This document shows, in pieces, positions 26,971-41,345 of a DNA stretch of 64,000 bases (its first letter is position 1; each line of letters starts with the position of its first letter). The notes below the pieces were generated by a model. The model had not been told where the DNA came from, made no database searches, and saw only the letters and a program-made list of their open reading frames with translations. This stretch comes from Octopus vulgaris. Its lineage: Eukaryota. The position numbers and the translations under genes are program-made. The stretch covers positions 43,152,001 to 43,216,000 of the forward strand of contig OX597835.1 of the NCBI GenBank assembly GCA_951406725.2, written 5' to 3'.

Positions 26971-28005
26971 TTACCAGTACCTGAGATCCCCTTCAGTTAC
27001 AACACAGACCATGGGATTGCACCTAGAAAGTTGCCCTCCTAGGCACAAGTCTGGGTTAGGTTGTTTATGGAAGACCAGCAGTCGGCCATGCATACCGGCC
27101 TCCCCTCTCCACGCCACCAGTGTTATCCAAGGGAAAGGCCAACACAGCTTGGCACCTGTGATGCCGCAACTCATTTCTACAGCTGAGTGAACTGGAGGTT
27201 TATGGAAGACCCGCAGTTGCCCATGCATACCGGCCTCCTCTCTCCACACCACCAGTGTTATCCAAGGGAAAGGCAAAGGCCAATACAGCTTGGCACCTGT
27301 GATGTTGCAACTCATTTCTACAGCTGAGTGAACTGGAACAACATGAAATAAAGTGTCTTGCTCAAGAACACAATACACATCCCGGTCCAGGATTCGAGCT
27401 GTCACTAATGGGTTAAGCTGACATGATATCAAAGACATCCAGCTCTATTGCATGACTTTTAGAAGACTCCTACAATTTTTTGTTTCAAGTCCCATCCCTT
27501 CAATCAAAATTCATAATCTACGCACCTTTTATTCATAGCTATATTTTACTTTATTCTTTTTGAAGTTCAATATTTCACATTATCCTAAAGAACATCTTTA
27601 AAAGTACAAGTTAAATTTATTTAGTAAAACTTCCAGATATGAATAAAGGAGCACTTTTATAATTCAGGCAACTTTCAAAGACAAACACAGCACATGTTTC
27701 GCTTTGCAAAATCATTGATCAGTTCAGAATACTCAAGCTGAGAGTTAAGTTCATGTTCAAATGATATCATAGGCAATCCACAAAGTCTGGTACACGTTCA
27801 TGGTACAACATGATATTTTTCAAGAACTTTTGTAGGTACAATGTATTGCCATTTAATTTCATTGATAGCTTAATTCTTGTTCAGCATCTTAACCAAAGTA
27901 AATAGATGACTCAACTACGTACTTTGATCTTAGAAGTGGGGTTCCTCAATGGTGGAGGCCCCCTGCAACAGCAGGGGTTGCAGGGGCTTAGTAATGGCCC
28001 TAAAG

Positions 28006-28224
28006 CAGTGCTTTTCAAACTTTTTGCTGGAGCGGAACCCCAAGGAAACATTCCACTGGCTCGAGGAACCCCTTTGCAATAATCTAATAGTCTTATGCAC
28101 ACATATCTGCACAGGAGAATTAAAAATTACAGCCGATTTTAGCAGTTTTGTAACTTCTTGCGGAACCCCTGGACTGTACTGGCGGAACCCTCAGGTTCCG
28201 CGGAACCCTGGTTGAAAACCACTG
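28006..28224 (+). mobile_element. hAT (Charlie-like) MITE
   Basis: TIRs CAGTGCTTTTCAA / TTGAAAACCACTG; perfect 8-bp TSD CCCTAAAG. A second copy is inverted at 42132-42344. Confidence 0.92.
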
Positions 28225-28756
28225 CCCTAAAGACATCAAAGCCATGACCACCTCATATTACTAAAAGCTTACTATACTAGATCACCCAAGAAGCTAGCAC
28301 TTCCCAAATTTAAGAGAATAAGATTCGACATTCATGGTAGGTTTGCCTGCTATTTCCAGCATGTCCAACAAGAGCCTCCCTGCACAGAGTTTCCCACGTT
28401 GGCGTTAACACAGACACAATGTAATACAATAATGCAGAGCCAGAGTTTCTTTGAAGCAGCAACCATTTCAATTCTTATCAAAGACTTCCTAGACATCAAT
28501 GCAGTATTATGAAGGACATTCCATTAGTTGTGTTCAACACAATTACAATGGCACAGCTGACTGTCACACACAACACCGGTCCTTTATCGCTAAACTATTT
28601 ATTATCTCATTTAATACAATCAAAACAATACTCATTCACCGAGGCACGGGATTATTCGCCCTTTGTTCTGCTCTGCCTCTTTCTCTTTCTCTTTCTCTTT
28701 CTCTTTCTCTTTCTCTTTCCTCTCTGCTGTTCTTTCCTTCTTTCTTCACTTCAGTT

Positions 28757-28803
<47 letters not shown>

Positions 28804-28996
28804 ACATGCACATACACATACATACATGCCCAAACAAATGCATACACACACCTACGCATATATGTACACATACATATCTACATTCCTACCTATGTATATA
28901 CATATATATGTATGTATATCAGTATATACGTCTGTGTGTGTAAGTGTATATGTATGTATGTATGTATATATAGGTATATATAGGTATATATATGTG

Positions 28997-29086
<90 letters not shown>

Positions 29087-29194
29087 CACACACTCACAAT
29101 AGATCTATTAACTAAAATTTGTATTATTAAAAAATTAAAAAATAATTAATTAAACTGATTACAACTACTAGTGAAGTCATTCTTCTTTTTTCAA

Positions 29195-29239
<45 letters not shown>

Positions 29240-29471
29240 AATTCAGGGTGAATACTTGATAATTGTAAGCACCTGTATATACCATTTAGTGGTGTAAGTG
29301 ATAGAGTATATTAATCAAAATAAAAGTTTCCTCATTCTACATTGAGTGAAAGACGCGATGGACGCTTCGATTTTGTGTTGGGGCCCCCCTCTGTCGTACG
29401 CGACTATGAGGATTTGCATCCCCAACGTAAGACTTATAATGTAATACATGTCCTTGAAGTAGTAATTGTAT

Positions 29472-29549
29472 GCGGCTGAAGAAGGCCATAGACACACATT
29501 ATACATTGTTATAAAACCGTCTAATAAAGGCCCGAAACATATGTACCGC
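29472..29549 (+). ncRNA. Type I hammerhead ribozyme candidate (best in window)
   Basis: GCGG-CTGAAGA-A-GGCC...GGCC-C-GAA-ACATATGT-A-CCGC: intact core, 4-bp stem I, palindromic stem III, GUA site. Lies inside a (TA)n-flanked unit (~29235-29590). Confidence 0.75.
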
Positions 29550-29599
29550 TGAATCCTTGGCATCATGTTTTTATTTTGATTAATATATATATATATATA

Positions 29600-29815
29600 T
29601 ATATAGAAAATAGTAAAAAGTGAAAAAACTACAGAAGGCTTGTTTTAAAAGGTTAAAAAATATATATTTGAGTCAATATGTCTTCTTCTAAACTATGTCA
29701 TTGTATGAAAAAAATTGATAACATTCTTCAGACATATTGACTCAAATATATATTTTTTAACCTTTTAAAACAAGCCTTCTGTAGTTTTTTCACTTTTTAC
29801 TATTTTCTATATATT
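29600..29815. repeat. Near-perfect ~80-bp inverted repeat in (TA)n
   Basis: TATAGAAAATAGTAAAAAGTG...CAATATGTCT / AGACATATTG...CACTTTTTACTATTTTCTATA. Confidence 0.9.
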
Positions 29816-29865
29816 CAACCACGTGCTTTCACAAACCAACTTTCTCATCTATATATATATATATA

Positions 29866-29905
<40 letters not shown>

Positions 29906-30469
29906 TATCTATATAGATGTACGTATGTATATATATGTATTTATAACATATATATATGTATATACACACACACATACTTATACACTTATATACATATGTA
30001 TATATTTGCAAAAAGAAAAATAATGACTCTTTGCTGGTAGTTCTAATCCATGTTCCTGTCCCTTTGTTAAAGATTAGCTTTTTTTACACTCGGCACAAAC
30101 CCACCCACCCTCGACACAACATTCCCATCATCCAGGTGAGGAGAATTGTCTTGTGAGTTACCTGATTTCCTCTCTATTGCTGGTGCCACAATAAAGGCAA
30201 CTTGTATCTTGTGTGATGTGGTTGGCGTCAGGAAAGGCATCAAGCTGTAGGAACCATGCCAGACAGACCCTGCGGGGCTCAGCACACTCCTCTGGCCTCT
30301 CAATGTCTGTTGAACTGCTCAACCTGTGCCAGCATAGATCATAGACATTAAATGATGATGATGATGATGACGCCGATGACGCCGATGATGACAATGGCGA
30401 CGACGATGATGTCACTAACGCCAACGCCGCCACCGCCCACGGTAGCACCGCCACCAACTCCAACGATGA

Positions 30470-31112
30470 TGATACACACATGCATACACACACACATACA
30501 TACAAACATACGTACATACATACATACATACATACATGCATGCATGCATACATACATACATACATACACACATACACACATACATACACACATACATACA
30601 TACATACACACACATACATACATACATACACACATACATACATACACACACACATGCATACACACACACATACATACATGCATGCATACATACATACATA
30701 CACATACATACATACATACATACATGCATACATACACACACATACATACATACATTCACACACACACATACATACATACACACATACATACATACATACA
30801 TAAACATGCACACATACATACATACATAAATACATACATACATATATATATACATACACATGCACACATACATACATGCATACATACAGATATACATACA
30901 CACATACATGCATACATACATACACACACACACATACACACACACATACATTTCGAAGCACTTATATGCATTTATGCATACACACACACATACATATATA
31001 CATACATATATACACACACGCATACATACATACATACATGCACATGCACACTTACATACATGCATACAGTTATACATATACAGACACATACACACATACA
31101 TACATCCATACA
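30470..31112. repeat. (CATA)n/(CA)n compound microsatellite
   Basis: Direct reading. Confidence 0.95.
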
Positions 31113-31489
31113 CAAGGCTTTCGTTAAAGTTACATGTTCATCCATCAGAGAAGGACCATGAGTCACTCTGAGGGTGCTAGCGTAGCTGGGCAGTGGCGGC
31201 TGCATAGGTGTGGTCTGCCCCAGGCTGCACATTTAAAGGGGTTTGCACTTTTAGGTCTTCTGTAGACAATATGTATTTTTCGTGGGGTCCGAGTACAGCA
31301 AATGGAAGGGCAGCCCCAGGTGGCACACACGCTAGCTTCGTTAGTGCCTGAGAGATAACCAATGACTTGTGTGGTGACTTTCTTTAAAGTGAAGAAGAAG
31401 AGTTTTATCCCATCAACTCCACTCTCCAATCTGTGACAATATTCAATCCAGTGGCAAGACCAGGTCAAGATGATTGGAGATGACGACGG

Positions 31490-32077
31490 ATGCTGTGGAT
31501 GACCATTCGACGGTCATTCAGAATGCTCACAGCAGCCATATTCCTAACGCTGGTGAGACCCATATTGGAGTACGGGATTCAAACCTCTTCTCCTTGTCTC
31601 CTCAAAGACATACATCATCTCGAAAGAGTCCAGAAGCTGGCTACCCGCATGGTTCTTGGTCTCAAGCATTTGTCTTATGAAGAAAGGCTGAAGACGCTCG
31701 ACCTTTATTCTCTAGAAAAACGACGACGCCGTGGTGATCTCATTCTTGCTCACAACATCATAAGCGGAAAGTGTAACCTCTTGAAAGAGCTGTTCTTCAC
31801 TCCTGCTCCAGAACGTCAGCTGTGGGGTCACTCCGAAAAGCTCTATCTGCAACGATTTCATCTCAATCGAAGGAGAGGGGCTTTCTCCGTCCGGGTTGCA
31901 GATCCGTGGAATAAGCTGCCGGATGAGATTGTGAAGATGCCGACGACCGCTCGGTTCAAAGTCTCCCTTGACCACAAATGGCCTGAACTCTTTGCCTGAA
32001 CACCCTCCCTGTACATAACTCCATGTCCCCCTACATGGCCTTGCTTTTTGCTTTTTGAGCCCAAAAATTAACTTAAC
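31490..32077 (+). mobile_element. CR1-clade LINE 3' fragment (RT C-terminus + 3' UTR)
   Basis: LVRPILEYG...LERVQKLATRMV...LSYEERL...LEKRRRRGDLI...FSVRVADPWNKLP are typical CR1/L2-group ORF2 C-terminal motifs. Confidence 0.9.
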
Positions 32078-32604
32078 ATGTTTTATGCACCTCATCCTGT
32101 TCTCTGCACTTCACAAAGCATTGCTGCAGCCAGCTTCCATTCTGTTGAACCATGAAGCCTAATCCTATAAAGCCTGCCAGATCCAGTCCTCACATGCATA
32201 GATGAACAAGCCCTTATATGCTAATTAACCCATAGATGGGTCCCTGAGAAATGCTACTATTCTGGGTCAGAACAATAGTGGTTAAAAGGTGGTTCCACAT
32301 CCCTTAAAACCCTAGAACTCCTGATTTAGGGCACCACTACTGGATAGTTTAAAGTCATAACCCAGATCAGAGTCAAGCTATAGTAGAAAACACTTGCCCA
32401 AACTTCCACACAGTGAGATTGAACCCAAAACCCCGGCTGTGTAATTGTGAAACAAACTTCTTAGCCACACAGCAATAGCCGTACCTGCTAGGTGTATTGC
32501 GTTGGCATTCCGTTGGTTACAATGCCAAGAGTTCCAGTTGATCCAATCAACGGAACAGCCTGCTCACGAAACTAACATTCAAGTTGCTGAGCACTCCACA
32601 GATA

Positions 32605-32810
32605 CTCTTTTACTCTTTTAATTGTTTCAGTCATTTGACTGTGGCCATGATGGAGCACCGCCTTTAGTCAAGCAAATCGACCCCAGGACTTATTCTTTGT
32701 AAGCCTAGTACTTATTCTATCGGTATCTTTTACCAAACCGCTAAATTACGGGGATGTAAACACACCAACATCAGTTGTCAAGCGATGTTGGGGGGACAAA
32801 CACAAACACA

Positions 32811-32862
<52 letters not shown>

Positions 32863-33033
32863 CATATATACGACGGGCTTCTTTCAGTTTCCGTCTACCA
32901 AATCGACTCACAAGGCTTTGTTCGGCCCGAGGCTATAGTAGAAGACACTTGCCCAAAGGGCCATGCAGTGGGACTGAACCTGGAACCATGTGGTTGGTAA
33001 GCAAGCTACTTATGACACAGCCATTCCTTTGCC
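32605..33033 (-). mobile_element. OK-like SINE inserted into an OR-type SINE
   Basis: OR-type body flanks it at 32505-32605 and 33065-33290. Confidence 0.8.
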
Positions 33034-33429
33034 TATATATCAATATTACAGCAACCACCATAAAACACGTGTACCTTTAACGTAGTTCTCGGAGAGATTC
33101 AGTGTGAAACAGGATGTGACAAGGCCAGCCCTTTGAAATACAGGTTCAACTCATTTTTGTCAGCCGAGTGGACTGGAGCAATGAAATAAAGTGTCTTGCT
33201 CAAGGACACAGCATGCCACTAGGAATTGAAATCACGGCCTTACGATCATGAACCTGAATGCCCTAACCACTCAGCCACTCACCTTCACACCCAAAATGTA
33301 CAAACCAAATTAACCCACTTCGTCACGTATTTCATTTGCTTTCCGTTCTGTTTCAAGAATTCTACTAAGCACTTTTCCTGGAATAGAAAAGGAAGAGTTT
33401 TCCCTGGAATTTTCAGGGTTCTACCAGTC

Positions 33430-33850
33430 ACCCATTTCATATATCGCAGTTCCTGACATGCAAACCTGGTTTTTTTTCCCCCATGTCATTCAATTTCCGA
33501 TTCTACATAAAATACCATCCACTTCAAAACAACTCTTCCTGCTTTTAACACTTCAACACTGATAAACATCTCTAACGGCTTCAATTCCTTTCATTGCCTC
33601 TCCTAGTTCTTTCCATGTTATTTCTGCACAAGTGTCAACTTCAAACATATGATCCGGGTGTCCTGATATCGTTTCTGGGTTCCATGATGATTCGGTGTTA
33701 AAATGGTCTGTAAAATGACTTTTCCAATATTGATGAATCTCAACTTTGCTCATTTTATAGTTACTGTTTCTAGCTTTGGCTGTGTCACGTGCAATTTTTT
33801 ATGTTCTTTCTCTACGTTTCACAGGCTAACAGACTTCTTGAATGTGTAAA
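33430..33850 (-). pseudogene. Decayed non-LTR retrotransposon fragment (pre-RT region)
   Basis: IHQYWKSHF...HFNTESSW...AEITWKELGEAMK resembles the region upstream of RT in RLE-type LINEs. Weak match. Confidence 0.4.
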
Positions 33851-33911
33851 AGCCTTTATATGTGTGTGCGTGTATTTGTGGACAACGGGCATTAAATGAT
33901 GATGATATATG

Positions 33912-33982
<71 letters not shown>

Positions 33983-34184
33983 TCCAATAAAGTTAGAGGT
34001 TGTGAAGCCAACCAACTAAGGGATAATATCTATCCAATATACTGCTGGTAGAATACCCAACTATTAATACACAAGTGTTTTTTCATTGCATGGCAATTAC
34101 ATAACTGAGTGTACTAAATGGGTGAAGGTAAAGATATATATATATATATATAATATATATATATAATATATATATATAAAAATA

Positions 34185-34220
<36 letters not shown>

Positions 34221-34229
34221 TATTATATA

Positions 34230-34617
34230 CTCTTTACTCTTTTACTTTGACTGTGGCCATACTGGAGCACCACCTTTAGCCAAGCAAATCGACCCCAGGA
34301 CTTATTCTTTGTAAGCCTACTACATATTCTATCAGTCGCTTTTGCCGAACCACTAAGTTACGGGAACTTAAACACACCAGCATCAGCTGTTAAGCGATGG
34401 TGGGGGGACAAACACAGACACACAAACACATACACACACATACATATACATATATATGACAGGCTTCTTTCAGTTTCCGTCTACCAAATCTACTCACAAG
34501 GCTTTGGTCAGCCCGAGGCTTATCATAGAAAACACTTGTCCAAGGTGCCACGCAGTGGGACTGAACCCAGAACCATGTGGCTGGTAAGCAAGCTACATAC
34601 TACACAACCACTCCTGC
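34230..34617 (-). mobile_element. OK-like CORE SINE
   Basis: Same family sequence. Confidence 0.85.
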
Positions 34618-34887
34618 GTTTATATATATATATATTATACATAATTAGGATGAAGTCATTATTTAATGATTTATCAGTGGCCAGCATACTAAGATACCAT
34701 AATGGTTAATTTATATAAATGGATGCTGAATGATTACAACACCAGTCTGCTAAAAATAGACCCCCAAATGGTTTAGCAACCACTTAGATTATTACTCCAC
34801 TACACAGGAATAATAATCTAAGTGGTTCCTAGACTATATGGGGTCTATTTCTAGCAGACAAGTGTTGTAAACATTCAACACCCTTAC

Positions 34888-34927
<40 letters not shown>

Positions 34928-35060
34928 TCTCATTAGTAGAAAATGGAGAGCTTTAACCGATAAAATTCAAACTCCTAACATTTTGTCAAAAATTCTCTGT
35001 AGCCTACAATTACCACCACTTTTGAATATCTTTCTTTTAGAGTTTAGAGTTATCTCTATA

Positions 35061-35114
<54 letters not shown>

Positions 35115-35385
35115 GAAAAGAATGGAGTCGAACGAAGATTTTAACAAAATTCCTTTACTTTCGACATATGTTAAAATTATGTTATTATGAGGAATTATGT
35201 TAAAATCTTCGTTTGACTCCATTCTTTTGATTTATTCATATAAAAAAACACAAAAATTTCCACACACAAACACGGGGTTCTGCTCTTGGCATGTAACCTC
35301 AACCGTGTTTTACTGACGTGAATTTGCTACCCAGGTATTGATTAACCGAATTATCAATACTAGGATAATTCATTCATCTACTTAA

Positions 35386-37690
<2,305 letters not shown>

Positions 37691-38352
37691 CTCTCCCCCT
37701 CTCTCCCCCTCTCTCCCCCTCTCTCTCTCTTTCTCTCGATCTGTGTTCCCATTTGCTACCAGCTATTGATGTTGTCATTCAATGCCCCATCCACGCCCTC
37801 CACCACATGTCCCCCCCCGCTCCCAGTAGATGCACGCACGTGCGCACACACACACACACACACATATATATACATGCGCACGCACACACACACCAGGATC
37901 TCGGCCATCATTGTGCAGACTGCAATCACGACTTCTTTTCACCAACCACCACCACCACCACCAACACCACTCCCACCACCCTCACCAAAACCACCGCCAC
38001 CACCATTGCCGCAACCATCGCCACCACCACCAACACCACTCCCACCACCCTCACTCATTATGTACACATTATGTACCAAATACTACTTTATCCTACACAA
38101 AAAATGCAGTTTTTGACCAAAAGTCAAGTGACTCCATTAGAAGCTCTCCATTGATTGAAGTAGTTAAACCTATCATGTTCCTTGCTTTCATAACTTCCTG
38201 TCGCATGGGTCACATGGGTGTTCTTTGAAGGGCTTTGTCATTCTGTCGTCTGACCAAATTCCAAACAGTGGTATCATTGTCCTCTCATGGCACACTGACC
38301 CCTTTCTATATTTCCCTAATCTCTCAACTGAAAGGCAATATTTTCAAATTAC

Positions 38353-38700
38353 GTAACACACTGCCTAAATACCAGTCTTGAGAAATTAGGCTTCTCAAGA
38401 CCAGAAAGGAGAAAGCTAATTTGAAGACTACAGATCCAAGCCATCACAGGAATGGTAAAGATCTGTAAAACTTTCCAGAAATTTAGTATTTAAGTATATA
38501 TGAGCATGTCTGGATATGCAAGTATATGCATGAGAAGGCATAAAACAAAGCATACAAATCTGCATGTATACATATATACGTATACAAAAATACCTTGTTG
38601 TTGATATTGGAATTCCAATGAAGGATCCTTGGATCTAGGTTAGAAACCAGCCCTTCTTCTGTGGAAAAGAAATTTTGAAATAAAACTGAATAATGACGTA
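38353..38700 (+). mobile_element. RLE-type (R4/NeSL-like) non-LTR retrotransposon 3' end
   Basis: VTHCLNTSLEKLGFSRPERRKLI*RLQIQAITGMVKICKTFQKFSI* plus a 3' UTR ending AATAAAACTGAATAATGAC; inverted twin of 39936-40280. Confidence 0.75.
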
Positions 38701-39211
38701 CATGGCTGTGCGGTTAAGAAGTTTGCTTCACAATCACATGGTTACAAGTTCAATCCCACTTCGTGACACCTCAAGGCAAGTGTCATCTACTATAGCCCCA
38801 CGTAGGCCAAAAGCTTTGTTAGTGGATTTAGTGAATGGAAACTGAAAGAAGCCCATCATGTGGTGGTGGGGGGTCTCTTTCTCTTTTATAATTTTGTATC
38901 AATTTTGACTGGCCACCAGCTGGATAGCAAGGTTGGGAAGGGAAATACATTGTTTTGTTTATCATCTTCTAATTCTTAAAAAGGTCATGCAAACTGTATG
39001 TATATATGTATGTGTGTATATATGTATGTGTGTGTGAGTGTGTGTGTGTATGGGTGAGAGTATGTATATATGTATGTGTGTGTGAGTGTGTGTGTGTATG
39101 GGTGAGAGTATGTATATATGTATGTGTGTGTGAGTGTGTGTGTGTATGGGTGAGTGTGTGTGTGTATAAATCTTCCTGTAAGGAAGGAGTTGCTTTCTAA
39201 CAAATATACAA

Positions 39212-39361
39212 ATGTATGTATGTATGTTTGTATGTATGTATGTATGTATGTATGTATGTATGTATGTATGTATGTATGTATGTATGTATGTATGTGTGTG
39301 TGTGTATGTATGTATGTATGTATGTATGTTTGTATATATCTATGTATGTCTGTATGCATGC

Positions 39362-39394
<33 letters not shown>

Positions 39395-39935
39395 TGTATG
39401 TATGTATGTATGTATGTATGTATGTATGTATGTATGCATGCATGTATGTATGTATGTATGTATGTATGTATGTATGTATGTATGTATGTATGTATGTATG
39501 TATGTATGCGTGTATGTATGTATGTATGTATGTATGTATGTGTGTATGTATGTATGTATGTATGTATGTATGTATGTATGTATGTATGTATGTATGTATG
39601 TATGTATGTATGTATGTATGTATGTATGTATGTATGTATGTATGTATGTATGTATGTATGTATGTATGTATGTATGTATGTCTGTATGTATGTATGTATG
39701 TGTGTATGTATGTATGTATGTATGTTTGTATGTATGTATGTATGTGTGTATGTATGTATGTATGTATGTATGTATGTATGCATGTATGTATGTATGTATG
39801 CATGTACGTATGTATGTATGTATGTATGTATGTGTGTGTGTATGTATGTATGTATGTATGTATGTATGTATGTATGTATGTATGTATGTATGTATGTATG
39901 CATGCATGTGTGCGTGTATGTCTGTATGTATGTAT
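39212..39935. repeat. (TATG)n microsatellite, ~720 bp
   Basis: Direct reading; abuts the 3' end of the RLE element copy at 39936. Confidence 0.98.
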
Positions 39936-40975
39936 GTCATTATTCAGTTTTATTTCAAAATTTCTTGCCAACAGAAGAAGGGCTGGTTTCTAACCTAGAT
40001 CCAAGGATCCTTCATTGGAATTCCAATATCAACAACAAGGTATTTTTGTATACGTATATATGTATACATGCAGATTTGTATGCTTTGTTTTATGCCTTCT
40101 CATGCATATACTTGCATATCCAGACATGCTCATATATACTTAAATACTAAATTTCTGGAAAGTTTTACAGATCTTTACCATTCCTGTGATGGCTTGGATC
40201 TGTAGTCTTCAAATTAGCTTTCTCCTTTCTGGTCTTGAGAAGCCTAACTTCTCAAGATTGGTATTTAAGCAGTGTGTTACATATCCCAGTACCCCAATAA
40301 TTACAGGTATAAACCTAGACTTGTAATCTGTAGCTGTAGATTCCTCAGTAGTATTTTTGCATGTATGTGTATGTGCAGTATTTGGAGTCAGTGCATGTGC
40401 AGATTTGCATGTTGCATTTTACACATGTATTCTCATGCATATAGTTGGTTGCATGTCTAGACATGCGCTTACATACTGAAATGATAAACTTCTGGAAACT
40501 TTTTTACAAATTTTTGCAGTTCCAGTGATGGCTTGAATCTGAAGTCTTTGAACTAGCTTTCTCTTTTCTGGTCTTGAGAAGCCTAATTTCTCAAGATTGG
40601 TATTTAAGCAGTGTGTTATATATCCCAGTACCCCAATAATTACAGGTATAAACCTAGACTTGTAATCTGAATAGAGTAGAGTAGCTGTAGATTCCTCAAT
40701 AGTTCAATGTAGATGTTTTCTTTTCCGCTGATCTTTAACTTTATGCTAACCTCTGCTGGGCAGGTAATTTCTACAATTGTACACAGTTTCTCTTCTCTTT
40801 CCCAAATTACAATGTCAGGTCTTTTCTTTCTGTATGTAAACATGAATGTATGTAAGTCATTATTCAGTTCAAAATTGTTTGCCAATAGAGAAAGAGCCAG
40901 TTTCTAACCTAGATCCAAGGCTCCTTCACTGGAATTTCGGCATCAACAACAGGGTAGTTTTGTATGTATGTATGT
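39936..40975 (-). mobile_element. Three head-to-tail 5'-truncated RLE-type non-LTR retrotransposon ends
   Basis: KRPDIVIWEREEKLCTIVEITCP...KENIY (PD..E..K..Y restriction-like endonuclease) at ~40680-40830. Copies at ~39936-40351, 40352-40835 and 40845-40975. Confidence 0.82.
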
Positions 40976-41245
40976 AACAAGAGAGGGTTAAAAGTCAAAG
41001 AACTGAGAGTAGACAGTTCTAGTCAGTGTCTTGTGGAGCTATCAACAATAGTAAAACAGAAGAAGGAAAGACTTCCGCCTCCCCACCCCACTCCATTTTC
41101 TCCCAAATTTGTTAATTTTTAAAATTTCTTTTGCCAAAAATCCCCATTTTCGGATACGGAGGTTCTGGAAAATTTCCAAAAATCGGCATTTGAAATTTTG
41201 CCCCCTTTCCCCCACCAACTTCTATTTTGACTTTTTCCTCCAACA

Positions 41246-41338
41246 CTAACCCTAAAACCCTAACCCTAACCTTAAAACCCTAAGCCTAACCCTAACCCTT
41301 AAACCCTAACCCTAAGACCCTAACCCTAACCCTAAAAC
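41246..41338. repeat. Interstitial telomere-like (CCCTAA)n, degenerate
   Basis: About a dozen CCCTAA-like units with periodic AA insertions (~20-bp higher-order unit). Confidence 0.88.
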
Positions 41339-41345
41339 TTTAATG

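Noticed and set aside
27420-27910. Possible decayed transposase or exon
   Set aside because: No motif I could identify with confidence; needs a translated search.
41246-41338. True telomere
   Set aside because: Short, degenerate and internal, with 22 kb of sequence beyond it.
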